The notes below the pieces were generated by a model. It was given only the letters and a program-made list of their open reading frames with translations. It was not told the origin of the DNA and made no database searches. Made by a program: the position numbers and the translations under genes. Positions 48,800 to 58,860 of a stretch of DNA of 64,000 nt are shown here, in pieces. Position 1 is the first letter of the stretch, and every line of letters starts with the position of its first letter. The DNA is from Syntrophales bacterium (lineage in GTDB: Bacteria; Desulfobacterota; Syntrophia; Syntrophales; UBA2210): NCBI GenBank assembly GCA_963662405.2, contig CAXXKT010000001.1, positions 224,001 to 288,000 of the forward strand, given 5' to 3'.

Positions 48800-50176
48800 T
48801 CATTCCTGTCCGGTCCTGTACAACCAGTTATAAATATGACTTCCGGCAAAAAGGAGGATCGCCGAAAGGGGAATCGTGTAAAGAAGCAGCATATCGCGTC
48901 CCGAGAGCTTCAATATGAGTCCCGAAACGCCTCCTCCTATAACCGCAACAATCGCCCCTGCGGCATTCAGTCTGAGTCGGCCGGCATAAAATCCCAACAG
49001 GATAGGGATAACCAATCCCGCTGAGTACACGGTATATCCCAGGAGGAGCGAGGCAATGACCCCCTGAAGCTTCAACGCGATAATGAGGGATGCAATCCCT
49101 GTGAAAATAACGCATACGCGAGAGATGCCAAGAAGGTTTTTTTCTTTGATCTTAAGCGAAGGTGCAAGGATATCCGCCGTCACGATGGTACCGGTCGTGA
49201 GCAGGCACGTATCCGCCGAGGACATGACCGCCGCAAGGAGGGCCATAATGACAATACCGCTCAGGCCTATCGGCACGGTCTCCATGACGAGAGCCGGCAA
49301 GGCACTCTCCGGCTGGATATCCGGCATCAGAACCCGTGCGGCAATCCCCGCGACTGTTATGAGAAAGGCCATGGGAACCATGACGGAGGCAGTTAAAACG
49401 AGAGACCTCCTGGCGACCCGCAGGTCCCGCGAGCAGAAGATCCGGGAGTATATATCCGGTCCGACAAGAAAGGTCGCGCCGACAAAGAAGAGGAAGGACA
49501 GAAGATCGCCCCACCCAAAATCAGGGGTCGTTGGGAACGAGAAGTGGGTCGCAGGAAGCTTCGACACCATCCCCGCGAATCCACCCGCAGCCGCTATGCC
49601 GACGATGCTGCAGATGGTTACGCCTATGACGATCAGGACCGCCTGTATCAGATCGGTACGCAAGATGGAATACTGGCCGCCGAGAAGGGTGTAGGTGGTG
49701 AACACACACCCGGCAATAATCATCAGAAGAGAGGACTGTCCCGGCCAGAGGACAGACAGGATCTTCCCCGCCGCGATGATCTGCGCTGCTATGATTCCCA
49801 GCCAGGCACCGGCGATCAAGATGGAGGCGATGATCCTGATCGAATGCCCCCCGTACTGCTTCTCGAGAATCTCCGGGAGTGTGTATACCTCATATCCCCT
49901 CACCCGTTCGGCAAACCAAACGGAAAGGACCAGAAGCCCGATTGCTCCCACGAGCATCCACCAAGCCCCCACCAACCCCCTGGAGTAACCCAAGCCGGCG
50001 ATCCCGACGGTACCCGATCCCCCGATGATCGTGGCAAGAAGTGACCCCGCTACCGCCGGAGTGGCAGCTCTGCGATCGGCAACAAAATAACTCGAGATAT
50101 TTTTTATTTTCTTGAAGCTGAGGATACCGACCAGGATCATTCCCACGAAGAAGGCTCCCGCTATTATGTGATCCAT
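48800..50176 (-). CDS. Sodium:solute symporter family protein
   Basis: Multiple TMs, YTLLGG...TDLIQ, LAAVMSSAD. Confidence 0.88.
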   Translation of the reverse strand: MDHIIAGAFFVGMILVGILSFKKIKNISSYFVADRRAATPAVAGSLLATIIGGSGTVGIAGLGYSRGLVGAWWMLVGAIGLLVLSVWFAERVRGYEVYTLPEILEKQYGGHSIRIIASILIAGAWLGIIAAQIIAAGKILSVLWPGQSSLLMIIAGCVFTTYTLLGGQYSILRTDLIQAVLIVIGVTICSIVGIAAAGGFAGMVSKLPATHFSFPTTPDFGWGDLLSFLFFVGATFLVGPDIYSRIFCSRDLRVARRSLVLTASVMVPMAFLITVAGIAARVLMPDIQPESALPALVMETVPIGLSGIVIMALLAAVMSSADTCLLTTGTIVTADILAPSLKIKEKNLLGISRVCVIFTGIASLIIALKLQGVIASLLLGYTVYSAGLVIPILLGFYAGRLRLNAAGAIVAVIGGGVSGLILKLSGRDMLLLYTIPLSAILLFAGSHIYNWLYRTGQE

Positions 50177-50354
50177 AGATCTCTTTTCCGTCGCATACAC
50201 ACCGAAAATATCGTGCACTCATATCATATTTCAACCGTCGTGAAAAGTCTCGCCCGGGAATAGCTCTCTCCGCGATGGATTCGCCTCCTTGACAAAACGG
50301 TAACCGTCCTTATTTTATGAACAAAGAGAAAGATCACGCAAGGAGGTGGATGTC

Positions 50355-50789
50355 ATGAAAGATGTACGTAGCTTGATTCCGAGGACAAGCTTGATCCCGG
50401 GGGGGCGCGATTTCTTCGATCGATTTTTCGAAGATGAGTTTCTGCCGCTGCGCGGGGAAAAAAACTGGGCTCCGGCCTTCGACATCTCGGAAAATGAGAA
50501 AGAATATATGGTGAGCGCGGAGCTGCCCGGCATCGATGAAAAAGATTTGGATATCACCATCACGGGCGGCATGTTGAGTGTAAAGGGAGAAAAAAAGAAG
50601 GAAAAAGAGGAAAAAGGTGAGACCTACCATCGCATCGAGAGGTCTTATGGTTCCTTCAGCAGGAGCTTCAGAATCCCCGACGCGGTCCAGGAGGACAAGG
50701 TGGGTGCGACTTACAAGGACGGCATCCTCAAGCTGATCCTCCCCAAGGCTAAAGAGAGCACGGTCAAGAAAATCACCATCAAGAAGTGA
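50355..50789 (+). CDS. Hsp20/alpha-crystallin chaperone
   Basis: AELPGI, ERSYGSFSRSF, YKDGIL. Confidence 0.92.
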   Translation: MKDVRSLIPRTSLIPGGRDFFDRFFEDEFLPLRGEKNWAPAFDISENEKEYMVSAELPGIDEKDLDITITGGMLSVKGEKKKEKEEKGETYHRIERSYGSFSRSFRIPDAVQEDKVGATYKDGILKLILPKAKESTVKKITIKK

Positions 50790-50817
50790 ATGCCGTGCCT
50801 GTGGTCGACCACGATAG

Positions 50818-50853
50818 GCCGTCGGAAGGTGTACCGCCTTCCGACGGTTTTTT
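50818..50853 (+). terminator. Intrinsic terminator
   Basis: CCGTCGGAAGG/CCTTCCGACGG stem + T-run. Confidence 0.8.
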
Positions 50854-51094
50854 TATTTCCATTGCTCTCCTGCCGGAGTACCTGCCCGGACATCTCCACC
50901 AAAAAGCTCGGGGATACCTTGACGGTTCCGGCCTTCGATCAGAAACGGGGGGCTTGCCGGCTCAATCTGCTATCCCGGCCCGGTGAAGGAACAATCCGGG
51001 GGCGGAGGACCCTTTTCACCGTTGACTTTCCTCCTTTTTTGTCCTAGGGTGCACGAGAAACCAAAAAAGAACCATCAGGGAAAGGGACAACAGC

Positions 51095-51649
51095 ATGGCA
51101 TTACCGGAAGACCGCCTTGACAGGGTCCGATTTATCTCCCGATTATATGAGCTTGTCAACTCCCTCACCGAAGATCAGCAAATATCACTATTACAGAAGA
51201 TGTTCCACGATGATCTGCCGGACCACATCTTCAAGATGATCATGGATATGTCTGAAGCGAAGCAGCTGCTCGTCACCAATCAACTTGAAGAGATGTTACT
51301 GGAGCAGAGTCTCTGGGATGAAAAGGTGACCGTCGTTGATATCGATCCACGGCGGGGATCGAGGAAACCCTGTGTTATCATGGTGGACTTTTCGTCCGAT
51401 GAGCTCTCCGCCCAGGAATACATCCGTGATATCAGTGTCGGCGGGGCATTCATCAAGACCGATCAGCCGCTCGTTATCGGACAGGAAGTGGCCCTGTCTT
51501 TTTCGGTTCCCAATATTGACCATTCCCTTGATTTGACGGGCAAGGTTGTACGGTGCAACGGTGAGGGGATCGGTGTCAAATTCACCAATCTGACGAAACG
51601 GCAACAAGATATGATCATGTCCATCATCGAAACTATGGATGAGTCATAA
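51095..51649 (+). CDS. PilZ-domain protein
   Basis: RRGSR and DISVGG motifs, GIGVKF. Confidence 0.85.
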   Translation: MALPEDRLDRVRFISRLYELVNSLTEDQQISLLQKMFHDDLPDHIFKMIMDMSEAKQLLVTNQLEEMLLEQSLWDEKVTVVDIDPRRGSRKPCVIMVDFSSDELSAQEYIRDISVGGAFIKTDQPLVIGQEVALSFSVPNIDHSLDLTGKVVRCNGEGIGVKFTNLTKRQQDMIMSIIETMDES

Positions 51650-52140
51650 GTGCCGCTTCGGTAACCCCGTCACTTCAGCACACCATTCCGGGCAGCTTTC
51701 TTGCGACAGATCCACGCAATATGCACGCCCCGGCGAGAAAGAACGGAACACTCATTTCTCTAAGAGGGGAACGGTAAACGTGCGAGCGAGATGTATGTGT
51801 ATAAGCTTCCATCTCGGAAGCTCCACCTCCATGGGGGACCGGCTTACCGCCTACAGTGATCAGTCCCTTGTGAGTCGAACGAGACTCAGGCATCCAATAA
51901 GCAACCATACCTTCATTCAACTAATCGATTAAAGGCTTCCTCGCCCCCCACCCTTTTGCAGGTAAAATTCGTGAATTGCGAAAACCGCACTAATCAGACC
52001 AAAAAGGCCTCTCAATACATAGGATATTTTAAAACAAAATCGGCGGCTTTTGGCCTTTTAATACATTTCTCGTATTGACTTTGGCGGTCTGTCTATGGCA
52101 GCGTATCTGCGACATATCCTTAAAACATGCAGGGGAATCG

Positions 52141-55100
52141 ATGAAAGACATCATCAAGCAATTATGGCTCGTGGTCACCCTTATTGCCGTGGCATCATTC
52201 GTCCTGTTGATCTCGGACCGGGGACAACGGGTCAATCACGCAAAAACGAATCTAAGGCACCCGTCGATCGCCATCATGCAGATATCCTCCACCCCCCTTC
52301 TGGATTCCTATGTCTCCGGCGTGATCAGCCGTCTGGACGCAAAGGGGTACCGGGCACCGAATGGAAAAAATCTCCATCTCTATAACCCGCAGGGAGACTT
52401 CAGCACGGCCAATACCATGGCCCGCGATATCGCCAACGGACCCTGCAATATGGTCATTACGGCCAGCACCGTGGCCCTGCAGGTGTTCGCAAAGGCCAAT
52501 ATTTCCAAGCACAAGCGTCACGTATTCGGCGCCGTGACGGATCCGTACGGCGCGGGCGTCGGCATTACCGGTCCCGATGCGGATCAGCATCCTCCCTATA
52601 TGGCGGGTGTCGGCACCTTCCAGCCGGTCAAGGGTGCAATCAGAATCGCCCATGACATGAATCCCGGACTCACGCGACTGGGGGTGGTCTGGAACCCCGG
52701 CGAGCAGTGTTCGGAGGCCTGTCTGAGAGAGGCTCGGGAGGTCTGCAGAGAACTGAAAATCGACCTTGTCGAAGCGACGGCGACCAACACCTCGGAGGTA
52801 TCCGAGGCGGCACGGGTCCTGATCGCACAGCGGATCGATGCCGTCTGGGTCGGGGGGGATACCGTGGCCATCGCCTCCCTCGGGCTCATTATCAACCTGG
52901 CATCCCAGGCGCACATCCCGGTCTTTACCAATGATCCCATGGACGCGGCAAAAGGAGCCCTCTTCGGACTGGGGGCCGATTATTACACCGTGGGGCAGTA
53001 TGCCGGAGACATTGCCGTCGCCATCCTGGAAGGCAAAGCTCCGTCCACCTTCCGCATCGAGAACATGATCCCGGAACAGCTCCGCCTCAATCGTACGGTA
53101 CTCCAAACATTGAAAGATACCTGGACCGTCACTCCGTCCGTCAAGACATTGCTCACCCGGCAGGGAACAAAACCTCCTGAAAAAAAGCTGATCCCTGAGC
53201 CGGGGAAGACATACCGTATCGGACTGAGTTACTTTGTCCCGGCGCCCGTCTTCGAGATTGCAATCCGTGGATTCAAAGACGGGATGAAGGATCTGGGGTT
53301 TATCGAAGGAGACAACCTGGAGCTTGTTATCCGTCATGCCAACGGCGATATGTCACTCCTCCCCCAGATCATCACGGACCTGTGTCAACAGAACCCGGAC
53401 CTCCTCGTAGCCATGTCCACCCCCTGCCTAGGCAGTGCCATTGCCCACGCGGAGAGACTGAACATCGTATTCGGGATTGTATCCGCTCCCTTGGCAACCG
53501 GTGCGGGGAAGAGTTTTGACGATCACCTGCCGCAGGTAACCGGGATCGTTCAGCTCACCCCCACCGAGGAGCTTTTCGACTGGACCCGGAAGCTCTTCCC
53601 CCGGGCACGACAGATCGGCGTCCTCTACAATCCGTCGGAAGCAAATTCCGTCAAAGAGATCGGTGATCTGAAAAAAATTCTCGATAGAATGGACATAAAA
53701 CTGACCACGGTGGCCACGTACAGTACCAGTGAGATCCCCGAAAATATACGGGGACTCCTGACCAAGGATGTGGATCTGGTCTTTTCCATGGCCGACAACA
53801 CCGTCGCCAATGGTATGCCAGCCATTGTGAAGGCCTGCGGACAACAGGGAATACCGCTGATCGCCGAGGATAGCTCTCTCATGGGAACGGGCGCCGTTCT
53901 CTCCTGTGCCCCCGGTCCCTACGGCGACGGGCGCAACCTTGCCCGGCTGACGGCCCGGATCCTGCTGGGCGAATCACCGGCCCATATCCCCATCACCCCC
54001 GGCAAAAAGAACGAGCTGGCAGTGGATCTCGCAGCTATGAAAAAAGTGGGTGTCACGGCACCAATCCAACTTATCAAGCGGGCGGATGTCTTGTTCCATG
54101 TCCGTTCGGCTGGTGCACCCCCCGCGCGGATCGCCCTCGTGAACCTGGTGGAGAATCCTCCACTCATTGAGGCGATTCACGGGGTGGAGACGACCCTGTC
54201 CAAGATGGGGCTGCGGGAAGGAACGGATTTCGTCCTCACAAAATACTGCGCCCAGGGAGACATGTCGCAGCTCTCCCAGATCCTGGACACGGTCCGGACG
54301 GACAGGCCCGACGCACTTATCACCGTTACCACACCGGTCCTCATGGCTGCCGTTAAGAAAAGATTTTCATTTCCCTTGATCTTTACGGTCGCCAGCGACC
54401 CGGTCAAACTGGGGCTGTTCCAGGAGGGGCGACCGGACAATGTCTGCGGCATCCATGACGATCCGCCGGTGGACCAGGTCCTGGAAATGGCCAAAATCCA
54501 TGACCCCTTATTGAACCGCGTGGGGATTATCTATGACGCCTCACAGATGAATTCCCTCATCTCCGTCGAGAAGCTCCGGAAGGCCGGTAAAGAGCAGCAG
54601 GTGAAAATCCTGGAGGCAACAGCCTCCACCGTTTCGGATCTTCCCATGGCGACCCGGTCCGTGATCCAGCGCGGTGCCCGCGCCCTGATTCTCTCCGCGG
54701 ACAATCTGGTCACCACCGGTTTCCCGGCCATACATAAGGCCGCCCAGGAGGCGGGGATTCCCGTTTACGTCACCGAGGTCGATCTGGTAAAAAAGGGGGC
54801 CACGGGCGGGATCGGCGACAGCTACTTAGAGTGGGGGCAGCAGTCCGGACGGTTGGCGGTACAGGTTATTGCCGGCGTTCCTCCCTCGGATCTTCCTGTT
54901 ATGCCGACCCGGATCTACCACCGGATCGAACCCGCTGAAAAGAACCGTGATCCACGGACCGAGCCCTTGAAACTGCGCATTGTCCTCTACAGTGAAACGG
55001 AGTTTGCCGAACGGTGCCGGGACGGACTCATCGACGGGATCAACAAGGCCGGGTACGCGGAGGGGAAGGATTATATCCTGCGTCTCTACAACGCTCAGGG

Positions 55101-55863
55101 GGACATGTCCACCCTGTCCAGCATCATGACGGCCATCAAGGCGGACCGGGTGGATCTGCTCATGGTCATCTCGACCCCGACGCTCCAGGCCGCCCTGCGC
55201 CTCGCCGGTGAGGAAACAAAGGTCGTCTTTACCGCTGTGGGAGACGGCGTGCGTGCCGGCGCGGGGAAGAACGAAACGGACCACCTCCCGAATGTGACCG
55301 GCATCAGCACCCGATCACCCTTTGACGGCATGGCGCGGCTCATCAAGGAGACGGTGCCTCACGTCACCCGTGTGGGGACCCTCTTTACCCCGGCGGAGAT
55401 CAACAGTGTCCTGTACAAAGACTGGTTCAAGGAGGCCCTCACAAAAGAGGGGATCGAGCTGGTTGCCGTCCCCGTCACCTCCAGCGCCGATGTGGCACAA
55501 TCGGCCATAGAACTCTGCGGCACGGATATCGGGCTCGTGGCACAGATCGTGGACAATTTGACACGGCCGGGGTTCGCCCTCATCGCCCGGAAGGCCGCCG
55601 AGCAGAATCTCCCCGTCTATGTCTTCGACAGCGACCAGATGAAAGACGGCGGGATTCTGTGCCTTGCCCGTGATTACTACAACGCCGGTCTCGAAGCGGC
55701 TGAAAAGGCCGTTCGGATCCTGCGGGGGGAAAACCCGGAAAACATACCATTCAATAATACCCAATCGGAAAAATTGATACTCAACCTCGAACTGGCGGAG
55801 AAGTATAACCTGATTGTCTCAGACGAATTACGAAAGAAGGCAACGACATATAAACAGGAATAA
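52141..55863 (+). CDS. ABC substrate-binding protein with four tandem binding domains
   Basis: Four ~300-aa repeats each with (A/P/N)(Q/N)GDxS, xTP, GxxxNPxE-like motifs. Confidence 0.85.
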   Translation: MKDIIKQLWLVVTLIAVASFVLLISDRGQRVNHAKTNLRHPSIAIMQISSTPLLDSYVSGVISRLDAKGYRAPNGKNLHLYNPQGDFSTANTMARDIANGPCNMVITASTVALQVFAKANISKHKRHVFGAVTDPYGAGVGITGPDADQHPPYMAGVGTFQPVKGAIRIAHDMNPGLTRLGVVWNPGEQCSEACLREAREVCRELKIDLVEATATNTSEVSEAARVLIAQRIDAVWVGGDTVAIASLGLIINLASQAHIPVFTNDPMDAAKGALFGLGADYYTVGQYAGDIAVAILEGKAPSTFRIENMIPEQLRLNRTVLQTLKDTWTVTPSVKTLLTRQGTKPPEKKLIPEPGKTYRIGLSYFVPAPVFEIAIRGFKDGMKDLGFIEGDNLELVIRHANGDMSLLPQIITDLCQQNPDLLVAMSTPCLGSAIAHAERLNIVFGIVSAPLATGAGKSFDDHLPQVTGIVQLTPTEELFDWTRKLFPRARQIGVLYNPSEANSVKEIGDLKKILDRMDIKLTTVATYSTSEIPENIRGLLTKDVDLVFSMADNTVANGMPAIVKACGQQGIPLIAEDSSLMGTGAVLSCAPGPYGDGRNLARLTARILLGESPAHIPITPGKKNELAVDLAAMKKVGVTAPIQLIKRADVLFHVRSAGAPPARIALVNLVENPPLIEAIHGVETTLSKMGLREGTDFVLTKYCAQGDMSQLSQILDTVRTDRPDALITVTTPVLMAAVKKRFSFPLIFTVASDPVKLGLFQEGRPDNVCGIHDDPPVDQVLEMAKIHDPLLNRVGIIYDASQMNSLISVEKLRKAGKEQQVKILEATASTVSDLPMATRSVIQRGARALILSADNLVTTGFPAIHKAAQEAGIPVYVTEVDLVKKGATGGIGDSYLEWGQQSGRLAVQVIAGVPPSDLPVMPTRIYHRIEPAEKNRDPRTEPLKLRIVLYSETEFAERCRDGLIDGINKAGYAEGKDYILRLYNAQGDMSTLSSIMTAIKADRVDLLMVISTPTLQAALRLAGEETKVVFTAVGDGVRAGAGKNETDHLPNVTGISTRSPFDGMARLIKETVPHVTRVGTLFTPAEINSVLYKDWFKEALTKEGIELVAVPVTSSADVAQSAIELCGTDIGLVAQIVDNLTRPGFALIARKAAEQNLPVYVFDSDQMKDGGILCLARDYYNAGLEAAEKAVRILRGENPENIPFNNTQSEKLILNLELAEKYNLIVSDELRKKATTYKQE

Positions 55864-55878
55864 CAAGCAGGGAAAATC

Positions 55879-57108
55879 ATGAAGATAGAACAGGAACAAC
55901 GGGGGAGATATCTCCTCATACGGGCGGAGGGGCGGCTCGATGCCTCATGGGCCGATTATTTTACCGATACCCTCCTGCTCCATATCCGGAACGGCCGGCA
56001 TAACCTGGTCATCGATGCCTCGAAAATGATCTTCCTCAGTTCCGCCGGGATCCGAGCACTCTTACGGGTCTTCAAGGAACTCAAAACGGTCCGGGGCAGC
56101 TTTCTCGTTGTGAATCCCACCCCCTTCGTCGAGCAGACGCTGAGCACATCCGGGTTTCAGATGTGGCTGGGAGAAGGACCACCGGAGGATATGCCGGCGG
56201 CCGGATCGGGTGGCCGGGAGAACGAAGCCGAAACGGACGGGATGCACCATTTCGTTCTCAATGAAACGGCATCGTTGACCCTTTCAGAAGAAGCGGTCTG
56301 GCATCCCTGGCAACGGGTGGATGCCCGTGCGGTTACAACGCTGACGTGTTCGCCGGATATCTGTGCCTTCGGCATCGGGAGTTCGGCCCCCACCTTCGAG
56401 GAAGCACGTGATCGGTTCGGTGAATTTCTCTCTGTTGCCGGAAACGTGGTCTATCAGCCGCCCGATGAACAGGGACATCCCGATTATCTCGTTTCCGAAA
56501 GGCAGTTTGTTCCCCGGATGCAGTGTATCCAGCTCCTGAGCTGCCGCGGCGAGATGGGACACCTGATCCGTTTCGCACCCACGGCGAATACATCTTTTTT
56601 CCCTATGTCGGCCTTGGTGGAAAAGATGCTGGAGACGACACAGGAAAAAGCGGCGGGATTTGTCATGCTGGGAGAGATCGAGGGCCTGGTGGGGACCGCC
56701 CTGATACGCTCACCCGGACTGCTGGATCAATCGCAAGATGTTCCTTTCCCGGAGATCCGGGACTGGCTCACCTTCTGTGGCGAGCGGTTGTACTCCCACC
56801 AGCAGGCACTAATTCTGGGGATTGCAGGACGATCAGAAGGGATGGGCGAAAGGACCTTGTGTCCTCCCCTGCCATCCTGTTCGGGGGTGTCAGCCCACAT
56901 CCATGCCGCCGTTTTCCCCTATCAGCCCCTGCAGAACGGAAAGATCGAACGGGGACCGGCCGTCAATAAATTTTTCAGCGGTCCTCCTCCCCTGGCCGTC
57001 ATGCACCTGGCGGATGATGCCCGCCCGGTGGTGGGGCTGGGGCAAAGCGCTCTGAGTCGCGGAGCCTGCTGGTTCGGTCCGATACACAACCTGGAGGTGT
57101 TATCATGA
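55879..57108 (+). CDS. STAS-domain protein with uncharacterised C-terminal domain
   Basis: GRLDA...IDASKMIFLSSAGIRAL. Confidence 0.8.
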   Translation: MKIEQEQRGRYLLIRAEGRLDASWADYFTDTLLLHIRNGRHNLVIDASKMIFLSSAGIRALLRVFKELKTVRGSFLVVNPTPFVEQTLSTSGFQMWLGEGPPEDMPAAGSGGRENEAETDGMHHFVLNETASLTLSEEAVWHPWQRVDARAVTTLTCSPDICAFGIGSSAPTFEEARDRFGEFLSVAGNVVYQPPDEQGHPDYLVSERQFVPRMQCIQLLSCRGEMGHLIRFAPTANTSFFPMSALVEKMLETTQEKAAGFVMLGEIEGLVGTALIRSPGLLDQSQDVPFPEIRDWLTFCGERLYSHQQALILGIAGRSEGMGERTLCPPLPSCSGVSAHIHAAVFPYQPLQNGKIERGPAVNKFFSGPPPLAVMHLADDARPVVGLGQSALSRGACWFGPIHNLEVLS

Positions 57109-58046
57109 GTCTGGTCATCGGCGCCTTTACCATGGGGCTCATTCTCTCCCTCTTGTCTCTGGGAATGCTCATCAGTTTCAGGATGGTCAGATTTACCGAC
57201 ATTACGGTGGACGGTTCCATTACACTGGGGGCTTCCATTTCCGCATTGCTTATCGTTCACGGATATTCTCCCTGGGTGGCGCTCTTGGTATCAACTCTCG
57301 GCGGCGCGCTGGCGGGTTCCATCACCGGTATTCTCTACACACGCTTCAAGATTCAGGAGATCCTGTCCGGAATCCTCGTGATGACGGCATTGTACTCCAT
57401 CAATCTGCGAGTCATGGGACGAAGCAATATCCCCCTTCTGGACACCAACACCGTCTCCGGGGGGATAGAGCGCATACTGACCGGTCTGACCGGCGGAGCA
57501 CCAATCGGACTGCTGGGGTGGCAGGTGCCGGTCGGTGATATGGCCGTTTTCGTGAGTTGCATCATTATCTGTACCGGTGTGGGGATCCTCCTCTGTCGTT
57601 TTCTCCTGACCCATTACGGCACAGCCCTGAGGGCGGCCGGGAACAATCCGCAAATGGTCCGGGCCCAGGGGGTCAATAATCATACAGTCGTCGTTTTCAG
57701 CCTTGCCCTGGCAAACGGACTGGTGGCACTCTCCGGATCACTCCTGGCCCAATATCAGGGATTCGCCGATGTGCAGATGGGGATCGGCATGATGGTCTGG
57801 GGGCTGGCGAGCATTATCATCGGGGAGGCCTTCGTCGGTCGTGACAGCGGTCTGGGCCTGACGATCGTCGGAGTCATCCTGGGGACCATCCTCTTTCGCC
57901 TTCTCATAGCCATTGCGCTCCGCTGGGGGCTAAATCCCAACGACCTGAAGCTGGTCACGGCACTCTTCGTCTTCCTGGCCCTCGTCGCCCCCGGATGGTT
58001 CAAGGCCCTGAGCAGAAAGATCACAGGGGGGGTACGCCATGCTTGA
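57105..58046 (+). CDS. ABC transporter permease
   Basis: DITVDGS, LYSINLRVMG, GTALRAAG, LAQYQGFAD. Confidence 0.9.
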   Translation: MSLVIGAFTMGLILSLLSLGMLISFRMVRFTDITVDGSITLGASISALLIVHGYSPWVALLVSTLGGALAGSITGILYTRFKIQEILSGILVMTALYSINLRVMGRSNIPLLDTNTVSGGIERILTGLTGGAPIGLLGWQVPVGDMAVFVSCIIICTGVGILLCRFLLTHYGTALRAAGNNPQMVRAQGVNNHTVVVFSLALANGLVALSGSLLAQYQGFADVQMGIGMMVWGLASIIIGEAFVGRDSGLGLTIVGVILGTILFRLLIAIALRWGLNPNDLKLVTALFVFLALVAPGWFKALSRKITGGVRHA

Positions 58047-58851
58047 GATACAGACCCTGTCGAAGACGTTCCTGCCGAACACCTCCAATGAGGTCCGCGC
58101 CCTGCAGGATGTCAATCTTACGATAGAAGAGGGGAGTTTTACCGGTATCATCGGGACGAACGGTTCGGGAAAGAGTACCCTCCTGAATGCCGCCGCCGGC
58201 ACCTTCGAACCGGACGTGGGGACGATCCATCTTGATGGTCACGACATCACGCGCTGGCCCGAATACAAGCGCGCCTCCCTCATCGGGAGGGTCTTTCAGA
58301 ACCCCTTCGCGGGAACGGCCGCCGAGATGAGTATCGCAGAAAATATAGTGATTGCGATGAAGCGGGGAAAGTCACGGTCCCTCCGGCGCGCCGTCACCCG
58401 TGCCTTCCGGGATGAAGTCGCCGACCGGGTCCGGACACTGAAGATGGGTCTGGAAGACCGGCTCGACAATCCCATCGGGACTCTTTCCGGCGGGCAGAGG
58501 CAGGCGCTGACGCTTCTCATGGCCTCCTGGACGCGTCCCCAGCTTCTTTTATTGGATGAACATACGGCGGCCCTGGATCCGAAGAGCGCCGCCCAGGTGG
58601 CGGAACTCACCAAGGCAATCATCGAACGGGAAAAGTTGACGGCCCTCATGGTGACCCACTCCATGCAACAGGCCGTGGATCTGCCCGATCGGATCGTCAT
58701 GATGCACCGGGGAAGGATCATCGAGGATTTTCGAGATGAACGGAAACTGCGCGTGCGCGTCCCCGACCTTATGGCCACCTTTGATCGCGTCCGGAAACGG
58801 GAACTCTTCGACGAATCCGTCGCCGGGATCCTGGCTGAGCAATACCGCTAA
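58039..58851 (+). CDS. ABC transporter ATP-binding protein
   Basis: GTNGSGKS, LSGGQ, LLDEHTAALD, VTH. Confidence 0.92.
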   Translation: MLEIQTLSKTFLPNTSNEVRALQDVNLTIEEGSFTGIIGTNGSGKSTLLNAAAGTFEPDVGTIHLDGHDITRWPEYKRASLIGRVFQNPFAGTAAEMSIAENIVIAMKRGKSRSLRRAVTRAFRDEVADRVRTLKMGLEDRLDNPIGTLSGGQRQALTLLMASWTRPQLLLLDEHTAALDPKSAAQVAELTKAIIEREKLTALMVTHSMQQAVDLPDRIVMMHRGRIIEDFRDERKLRVRVPDLMATFDRVRKRELFDESVAGILAEQYR

Positions 58852-58860
58852 GGGAAACGG

